Assembly (NCBI GenBank): GCA_040081625.1
Contig: JBEBGD010000121.1
Location: 1 to 16,133, forward strand
Direction: 5' to 3'
DNA: 16,133 nt
From: Chthoniobacteraceae bacterium
GTDB lineage: Bacteria; Verrucomicrobiota; Verrucomicrobiia; Chthoniobacterales; Chthoniobacteraceae
Part shown: positions 1 through 6,019 of the stretch, piece after piece
Layout: each line of letters starts with the position of its first letter
Numbering within the stretch: the stretch's first letter is position 1
The notes under the pieces: generated by a model
What the model saw: the letters and a program-made list of their open reading frames with translations, nothing else
The model's database searches: none
Told to the model about the DNA's origin: nothing
Position numbers and translations under genes: made by a program

Positions 1-148
1 GGCCATGGCGGCCCGCGCGCTGCACGAGTTCACCGATTTGCTGCCGCTGGTGGAAGTGCACGAACCGCCGGCGCCGCCCGGTAAATCGACGGACGAGGCC
101 ATTCGGGCCGGGGTCTATGGGGGCGCGGTTGGCGCGGTGCGGCTGATC
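1..148 (+). CDS. coaX: Fragment of a probable type III pantothenate kinase (CoaX-like), C-terminal part; 5' truncated by the window and apparently interrupted near 148
   Basis: [49 protein letters not shown] resembles the CoaX segment 'ALHxxTAxLPxV...GxxTxxAIxxG'. The similarity stops at about 148; from 211 on, ORF 5..622 is antisense to the STAND gene. Confidence 0.6.
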
Positions 149-210
149 CACGCTGCCAACTTCACCGACTTCCTTTATCGGCCACGTCGTCCGGCCGAAC
201 TCGACACGGA

Positions 211-1413
211 TCAGGGCGGCGGCGTGGTGCTGAGCGCGACTCGCGGCTGCACCTCGGGCGTCGGTGGCGGGGTCGGCTCAGGCGTGGCGGGTGGCAGCGA
301 CTTTGGGGCGGGCGCGACGCTCGCCGTCTCCCATCGCGTCATCAGATTCTGCTGCTGCCAGAGCCATGCGCCGGTGCACACGGTCAGGAGCGCAGCGATG
401 GCAAACCACGGAAACGAGCGCCTCGGCTGGGTCGCCTCGACTGGCGCCGGCGCCGGCGACTCGATAGCGGCGGGCTGGTTCGGCATGAAAAAGTCCGCGG
501 TGATCTGCGCGACGTTGCGCTGGGTGCGCTGCTCCGCGAGGGAGAGCGCCTGGGCGCTGAGCGCCGCGGGCGCGAAGGGAAACTCGCGTTCGTTGCCTGC
601 GGCGATGCGGGGCAGGAGCTGATCGATCACGCCATCGGCGAAGAGCCCGCGTTGCGAAGCGCCGCGGACGAGGACTTCGCGCGCCTGCGCCTCGGTGAAG
701 GCGGTGATCCGCAGTTCGCTGCGACCGAGCGTGGGAAACTGCGCGCGCAGAGCGGCGAACCTCGGCGCGAACTCCTCGCGCACGATGAGGAGGATTCGCA
801 CGGGGGCGGGGCCGAAGTCGAAGGCGTCGTCGCGCTCGGTGCCGTCCTCGATCCGCAACGCGACGCGCGAGGGCGGGCGGTTTGCAGCGAGCTGCGAGAG
901 CTCCTCTAGGAGTCGATCGCGATGCCGCTGGATGGTGATGCTCGCGGCACCGCTGGTGAAGGCTTCCTCGAATTGATCGAGCACGAGCACGGGCGTGACG
1001 ACGCGCTGCCGCGCACTCCACCAGCGCGCGCCGGTGCGGTGAAAGGTCTCCCAGAGCGTGTCGCATTCTTTCACGGCAGGCCCATCGAGCTGGCGTGCGC
1101 GCGCGGCGGCATCGATCGCGTCGAGGATCTGGCGGCTCAGCGCGCGCTGCTCGCTCGCAGCGCTCCAGTCGAGCCGGATGAAGACGGGCAGCAAGTCCGG
1201 GCTTAGCGAGGGCAGCAGGCCGGCACGGACGAGCGAAGTCTTGCCCGTGCCCCCGGCGCCAGTGAGCACCGTGAGCGTGTCGCGATCGAGCAGGCGCCGG
1301 AGCTCCTCGACCTCGCGCTTTCGTCCGTGGAAGAACGCGCGGTCGGCTTCCGTGTAAGGCTCGGAGCCGCGCCAGGGCTGATCGGCAGTGAGGAGGGGAG
1401 GTGAATCCGACAT
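211..1413 (-). CDS. nSTAND1-like P-loop NTPase (about 400 aa) with a C-terminal TM helix and Pro/Thr-rich tail
   Basis: ATG at 1413, 1 nt after the upstream stop. Motifs: N-terminal [19 protein letters not shown], Walker [13 protein letters not shown] (GAGGTGKTS at 1234-1260), Walker [13 protein letters not shown], sensor-like [12 protein letters not shown] helix [19 protein letters not shown] (about 358-414), then [13 protein letters not shown]. Confidence 0.85.
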   Translation of the reverse strand: MSDSPPLLTADQPWRGSEPYTEADRAFFHGRKREVEELRRLLDRDTLTVLTGAGGTGKTSLVRAGLLPSLSPDLLPVFIRLDWSAASEQRALSRQILDAIDAAARARQLDGPAVKECDTLWETFHRTGARWWSARQRVVTPVLVLDQFEEAFTSGAASITIQRHRDRLLEELSQLAANRPPSRVALRIEDGTERDDAFDFGPAPVRILLIVREEFAPRFAALRAQFPTLGRSELRITAFTEAQAREVLVRGASQRGLFADGVIDQLLPRIAAGNEREFPFAPAALSAQALSLAEQRTQRNVAQITADFFMPNQPAAIESPAPAPVEATQPRRSFPWFAIAALLTVCTGAWLWQQQNLMTRWETASVAPAPKSLPPATPEPTPPPTPEVQPRVALSTTPPP

Positions 1414-1414
1414 G

Positions 1415-2767
1415 TCAGGCGTTGCGTTGCGCGCGCGCGGCGCGCACGGCGTCGATGCACTCGCGGAGCAGCTCCGGCGATGGTTGTCCGCCAGGCGCCG
1501 CGCGCAAGGGGAAGGTCTCGAACGGTGCGGGCGCGGCGGGCGCGGCCGCACTCTCGCCGACCCACACGGGCACGACGACGCGGCTCCCGGGCGCGGCTCG
1601 TTCGCGCTCGATCGCCCATTGCCATTCCTTTCGGAAGAAGGCGTCGGGCTGCGCATCGCTCGCGCTCGAGAGCAGCGGAACGAAGAGGTCGCACTGCTGG
1701 AGATGCTGGTGGATGCGGCGCTCGTAGCGCGGGCCGCTCGGGGTTTCGTTGCGGTCGAACCACACGTCGAGCCCGGCCTCGTCGAGCAAGGCGGCGAAGC
1801 GCTCGGCAGAGGCGCGGTCGGCGCGGGCGGCGCTTAGATACACGGCGCCGGGCGCCATTTCGGTGGGCTCGGCGGGGACGGCCTGTCCATCGGCGGTCGT
1901 GGACCAGCCTTCGTCCTGTGCGGCGTGCCAGCGCTTTTGGAGCTCGCGGATGAAGTCGGCGCTCCCTCCTTCCTCGTAGATCCACACGCGGCGCCCGGTG
2001 CCGCGGAGGAAGTCCACGAGCGACCCGTCGCGTGTGAGCGAGTCGCTGGCGAGCACGATCACCTGGCCGGTGTCCTCGGAGAGTCGCGCACCGTGCAGCG
2101 TGCGGAGGAGAAGCCGCAGCGCCCAATCCGGCAGCCGGAGGCCGACGAGCAGGAGATGGCGCGCGCGCAGTTCATCGAGGAGCTGCCCGGGCCGGTGCGC
2201 TTCGCTTTGCATGCGGTGCAGGAATTCGAGCACGTCCTCTTCAGTGAGCGCAAAGTCGGGCACGGCGTTGATGCGGCCGAAGAGGTGGAAGAGCGTGGGC
2301 CGCGGGCCTTGCATCCAGTTCCGCGGCAGGTCGGTGTCGCCCCCGAGCGAGGCGACCAGCGGGCCGGCGTCGCGCTCGCGGGCGATGCGGATCGCGGTGG
2401 CGAGCAGCGCGTCGGGTGCAGTGGTGACGATGAGCGGGAAGTCGCGGATGTCGGCGAGCAGGCGCAGCGACTCGGGGAGCGTGGTGGCGTCGATTCCCGC
2501 GAGCAGTTCGCGATGGAGCGCACTCAGCTCGCGCGTGATCTGCGCCGGATTCCGTCCGCCGCGACACAGGTCGGCGACGACTTGCGAAAGCGACTTCACT
2601 TCGCCGGGGAGCGCGTGCCCGGCGGCGAGATGGCGGGCGGCGATCAGGTCAAAGTTCGCACCGTCGAGTGCAGGCAGGGTCGAGAGTTCCGTGCCGACGA
2701 TGGGCACGGCGCGCTGGTCGGCGGCGATGAGTTCGAGGAGTGCATCCCATGGAAAGTGGGCGGCCAT
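1415..2767 (-). CDS. SIR2-like (SIR2_2, degenerate) plus C-terminal TIR domain protein (about 450 aa)
   Basis: SIR2_2-like motifs VPIVGTEL, IVTTAPDALL, LFHLFG, FALTEEDVLEFL, HLLLVGLRLPDW. TIR_2 motifs VYLSAARAD, AGLDVWFD, CDLFVPLLS, FFRKEWQWA. ATG 2767 preferred; GTG 2788 is possible. Confidence 0.85.
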   Translation of the reverse strand: MAAHFPWDALLELIAADQRAVPIVGTELSTLPALDGANFDLIAARHLAAGHALPGEVKSLSQVVADLCRGGRNPAQITRELSALHRELLAGIDATTLPESLRLLADIRDFPLIVTTAPDALLATAIRIARERDAGPLVASLGGDTDLPRNWMQGPRPTLFHLFGRINAVPDFALTEEDVLEFLHRMQSEAHRPGQLLDELRARHLLLVGLRLPDWALRLLLRTLHGARLSEDTGQVIVLASDSLTRDGSLVDFLRGTGRRVWIYEEGGSADFIRELQKRWHAAQDEGWSTTADGQAVPAEPTEMAPGAVYLSAARADRASAERFAALLDEAGLDVWFDRNETPSGPRYERRIHQHLQQCDLFVPLLSSASDAQPDAFFRKEWQWAIERERAAPGSRVVVPVWVGESAAAPAAPAPFETFPLRAAPGGQPSPELLRECIDAVRAARAQRNA

Positions 2768-2824
2768 GACTTTGGATTCGTGCCGCACGCGGTGGCAGTT
2801 GGCGAGGAAAGAATCGCCGGGGAG

Positions 2825-3754
2825 TTAGAGCGGACTGGCCGGTGCCGGCAGCGGTGCGCCCTGGCGCACGAGCTGGCGATAGGAGCGGGGCGGCAGGCCG
2901 TAGGCTTTGCGGAATGCGCGGCTGAAGGCGTAGAGACTCTCGAAGCCGCAACGCTCGCCGATCGCGCTGACGCTGGCATCGCTGGACTGGAGCAGCTTGG
3001 CCGCTTCGCTCAGGCGGCTCTCGCGCATATAGCGACCGAGGCTCACGCCGAGCCGGTCGCGGAAGACGGCGCGCAGGTGGCTGACGCTGTAGCCGAGCAC
3101 TCGCGCGAGGTCGCCGATGCTCACCGCGCGGTCGAGGTGCTCGCGCACGTGGCGGTTGATCTTCTCGAGGATCTGGTCGCGCAGGTCGTCGCTCGAGTGG
3201 ATGTCGCGGCGTGCGGTGGCGATGAGCGGGAGCGTGGCGAGGTGCTCGAGCAAGCGCGCGAGTGTGAAGGAGAGGAAGAGATGGTCGCTGCCGCCGACGC
3301 GCGGCGCGACGTATTCGCCGACGAGCTGGCGGAGCAGGTCGAGCGCGTGCGCATCATAGACGCGCGGCGAGTCGCGCAGCGCCTGGATGCGGTCGGCGTG
3401 GTGGCACTCGAAGGTGATGAAGAGCCAGTCGAGTTCGCCTTTCTCCACGTCCATGAAGTGATGGAACTGGTTCGGGAAGATGAGCGCGCCCTCGCCCGGC
3501 TGGAGCAGGTGCGTGCCGCGATCGATCCGCAACGGCGCGGCGCGCTCGAAGACGGAGACGAGCTCGAAGCGGTGATGGTAGTTCGTGCTCACTCCCTCCG
3601 GGCGCAGCTTCGTGGCGTCGGTGCGCTGGAAGAAGATGATGTTATCCGGCGCAAACGACTGCTCGATGCGCGCGCCGCTGAAAAGGCTCGCAGGGGGCGG
3701 GAGCCTGGCGAGGTCGCGGCGGAGCGGGGTTTGGGCGCTGCCTGATGGCTTCAA
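2825..3754 (-). CDS. AraC/XylS family transcriptional regulator with an N-terminal cupin-like ligand-binding domain
   Basis: Double HTH SIGDLARVLGYSVSHLRAVFRDRLG...RLSEAAKLL...VSAIGERCGFESLYAFSRAFRKAYGLPPRSYR. Cupin-like NYHHRFEL...LQPGEGALIFPNQFHHF. The TTG start is uncertain. Confidence 0.93.
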   Translation of the reverse strand: MKPSGSAQTPLRRDLARLPPPASLFSGARIEQSFAPDNIIFFQRTDATKLRPEGVSTNYHHRFELVSVFERAAPLRIDRGTHLLQPGEGALIFPNQFHHFMDVEKGELDWLFITFECHHADRIQALRDSPRVYDAHALDLLRQLVGEYVAPRVGGSDHLFLSFTLARLLEHLATLPLIATARRDIHSSDDLRDQILEKINRHVREHLDRAVSIGDLARVLGYSVSHLRAVFRDRLGVSLGRYMRESRLSEAAKLLQSSDASVSAIGERCGFESLYAFSRAFRKAYGLPPRSYRQLVRQGAPLPAPASPL

Positions 3755-3793
3755 TGTCTGGGAGCTGAGATCTCGAAGCCCGACACGCGAAAC

Positions 3794-4930
3794 TCAGCCC
3801 TTGGCGAGTTCGACTTCGATCTGCTCGAGCATCCGGCTGAAGCCTGCGCCGTCGAAATTGGTTTCGTTCTTCGAGAACTCGAAGAGCGCATCGAGCGACT
3901 TCTCGATGTTCGGAGACTGGAGGCCGCCTTCATCGCGCAGCGCGATGTAGAGCCGGCGCAGGCCGATGGCGAGGAAATAGCCGCGCTTTGCGGCGACCGA
4001 CGATGATTTCACGTTGCCCTTCCCGAAGTCCGAGCGCGCGCCGGCGAGCGTGCGGAAGAGCTGCTTCGTGCTGTCCTTGGTCCACGTCTCCGCCGCGGCG
4101 GTGCGCGCGAGGCGGTCGCTGGCGGATTGCACGGAGGCGTAGTCGGAGCCGCCGCCGAGCGAGCCGCCGGCGGAGGTCTTGCGCAGCAGCCAGCCGAGCG
4201 CGTCGAAGCGGTCCTGGAGATCCTTTACGCCGGCGGTCGCGCGCGGGTTCGGCGTGACCTTGCTCAGCATCCAGCTCACTTCGCGCAGCGCGATGGCCTG
4301 GCCGGTGAGCCAGCGGCGCGGGCCGAGCCACTCGCCTTTGTCCTTCCAGTGCGCCGTCTCCCGGGTGTCGTAGTCGTCGAGTTCGAAGGTCAGCGGCACG
4401 TGGCCGTTGGCGACGATCTCGGGGTCGATGTTTTGATGGCAGCCGACGCAGACGTTTGCGCGGGAGTAGAGATTCTTCGTGTCGCGCATCCCGAGCTGCA
4501 GGCGCATCGCGTGGGTGTAGTCCTTGCGCGTGTGCGAGCGCACCCAGAACTCAGCCGGGCCGTGGCAGCTCTCGCAGGAGACGCCGCTGCCCGCTTTCGC
4601 CGCCGTGAGATCGGGCGCGAAGTGATCGGGCCCGACCGTCAGCAGCGGCGAGTGGCAGACGGTGCAGCGGGCGCTCGTGTAGGCGCTGGTGATGCCGAGG
4701 TTTTGCGTGAGCTGCGTGCTCCACGTGGCCTGGGCCATGGCGGTCGCGGCGTTCGCGTGCTGGTCCTTGCGGTGGATCTGCACCTGGTTGTGAGTCGCGC
4801 CGCCGCCATGGCAGCCGGAGGTCGAGCAGGACTCGACTCCGGTGAAGCGGTGGCCGTCTTGCGCGAACGATGTGGTCGCGGCGACGAGGAAGGTGATGAG
4901 TGATGGCAGGAAGCGAACCGGGCAATTCAT
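3794..4930 (-). CDS. Secreted multiheme (probably tetraheme) c-type cytochrome, c554/c552-like N-terminal domain
   Basis: Sec-type signal peptide ending SFA|Q. Heme motifs CSTSGCH (CX4CH), CTVCH, GVSCESCHGP and CVGCH, followed by a heme-free, helical-looking C-terminal half. Confidence 0.88.
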   Translation of the reverse strand: MNCPVRFLPSLITFLVAATTSFAQDGHRFTGVESCSTSGCHGGGATHNQVQIHRKDQHANAATAMAQATWSTQLTQNLGITSAYTSARCTVCHSPLLTVGPDHFAPDLTAAKAGSGVSCESCHGPAEFWVRSHTRKDYTHAMRLQLGMRDTKNLYSRANVCVGCHQNIDPEIVANGHVPLTFELDDYDTRETAHWKDKGEWLGPRRWLTGQAIALREVSWMLSKVTPNPRATAGVKDLQDRFDALGWLLRKTSAGGSLGGGSDYASVQSASDRLARTAAAETWTKDSTKQLFRTLAGARSDFGKGNVKSSSVAAKRGYFLAIGLRRLYIALRDEGGLQSPNIEKSLDALFEFSKNETNFDGAGFSRMLEQIEVELAKG

Positions 4931-4941
4931 GGCGAAGTGTG

Positions 4942-4974
4942 CCCGCGCGTATAGACATCACTCGAACGCGCGGG
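4942..4974. repeat. 9-bp perfect inverted repeat in the divergent intergenic region
   Basis: CCCGCGCGT (4942-4950), 15-nt AT-richer spacer, ACGCGCGGG (4966-4974). Confidence 0.5.
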
Positions 4975-4979
4975 AAGCG

Positions 4980-5012
4980 GGAAGTTTGGGCAAAAAAGTT
5001 TTTGTCACTTCC
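4980..5012. promoter_or_regulatory. AT-rich palindrome, candidate operator for the divergent cytochrome genes
   Basis: CAAAAA-AG-TTTTTG (4991-5004) nested inside GGAAGT (4980-4985) and ACTTCC (5007-5012), in otherwise very GC-rich DNA. Confidence 0.45.
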
Positions 5013-5074
5013 GTCTTGGCGGGCGCGGACACGGTCGGTAGAGCAAATGAAACGCATCCGCACCGATCTACCGC

Positions 5075-6010
5075 ATGAAGCTCGACCGCTCTCACACACC
5101 GTGGGCCATCATTATCGGCGTCATCACGCTGATCTGCGCCGCCCTCTACTTCGGCGCGAGCAGCGCGAGCGGCCGCATCCCGCTGCTGCGCGTCCCGCTA
5201 CCGGAGTGGCTGCTCGATTCGTCTTCGCCGCGCAACACGGTCGGCGCGAAACCGCTCGGGCTATTCTTCGGCATCGCGGCATTCGCGATCTTCCTCTTCG
5301 CCTCCGCGCTCGGGGTGCGGAAAAAGCGCCGGCTCTGGCGGGTCGGCAGCGTGCAGCTCTGGCTCAAGGCGCACGTCTGGCTGACGATCCTCACGATCCC
5401 GCTCGTGCTCTTTCACTGCGGCTTCCGGCTCGGCGGGATGCACACGTCGGTCCTTTTCTGGCTCTACGCGATCGTGATGGTGAGCGGATTCTTCGGCATG
5501 GCCATGCAGCACTTTCTCCCTCACCTCATGATGGAGCGGCTGCCGCGCGAGTGGGTGTATGAACAGATCCCAAACGTGCGCGCGACGAACTTCGAGCGGG
5601 CGCTTGAGTTCACGCGCGAGCTCGACGGGAAGCTCAAGGATCAGCCCGCGCCGGTCGGCGGCGGCACCGCGACGATCACCTCCGCGGACGCTTCGCCGAG
5701 GATCATGCTCGAGTTGCTTCGCGGGGATGCGATGCCTTATCTCGCGGACTCGAGCGCGACGAAAACGCGCCTCGCCGAGCGGCGCACGTCGGACGAAGTC
5801 TTCAAGCTGCTGCGCGTGAATGTCTCCGACAGCTACCGGCCGCAGGTCGATGAGATCAAGACGTGGTGCGACGACCACCGGCTGATGGCCTACCAGGAAA
5901 AGCTCCACCACTGGCTGCACGCGTGGCTTGCGATCCATGTGCCGATCTCCTTCGCGCTGCTCATCTGGACGGTGTGGCACATCTTCATCACGTTCACCTA
6001 CCTGAACTGA
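5075..6010 (+). CDS. Integral membrane protein with about 5 TM helices; putative di-heme cytochrome b of ferric-reductase-like type
   Basis: Two TM helices each carry His-X13-His: AHVWLTILTIPLVLFH (His codons at 5372 and 5414) and IHVPISFALLIWTVWH (5936 and 5978). RKKRR after TM2 fits the positive-inside rule. Confidence 0.75.
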   Translation: MKLDRSHTPWAIIIGVITLICAALYFGASSASGRIPLLRVPLPEWLLDSSSPRNTVGAKPLGLFFGIAAFAIFLFASALGVRKKRRLWRVGSVQLWLKAHVWLTILTIPLVLFHCGFRLGGMHTSVLFWLYAIVMVSGFFGMAMQHFLPHLMMERLPREWVYEQIPNVRATNFERALEFTRELDGKLKDQPAPVGGGTATITSADASPRIMLELLRGDAMPYLADSSATKTRLAERRTSDEVFKLLRVNVSDSYRPQVDEIKTWCDDHRLMAYQEKLHHWLHAWLAIHVPISFALLIWTVWHIFITFTYLN

Positions 6011-6019
6011 CCCCACCCC

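Noticed and set aside
214..320. Short GGCG/GGGGTCGG-like repeats as a repeat array or CRISPR
   Set aside because: Explained by Pro-Thr-Pro-Glu codons of the STAND tail; there is no constant repeat-spacer periodicity.
5..622. 205-aa plus-strand ORF as a complete gene
   Set aside because: Only the first 48 or so codons look like a real protein (CoaX-like); from 211 on it is the antisense shadow of the STAND gene.
1414..1656. 81-aa N-terminal extension of the STAND ORF
   Set aside because: It overlaps the TIR coding region in another frame and is low-complexity Arg/Pro/Ser. ATG 1413 fits both coupling and the family's N-terminal motif.
1415..2767. Assignment as Thoeris ThsA/ThsB, DSR or Avs
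   Set aside because: No SLOG or Macro domain, SIR2 catalytic residues missing, SIR2 and TIR fused, and the STAND is separate and lacks TPRs.
1925..3745. 606-aa plus-strand ORF
   Set aside because: Antisense to the SIR2-TIR and AraC genes with no motifs; a typical high-GC shadow ORF.
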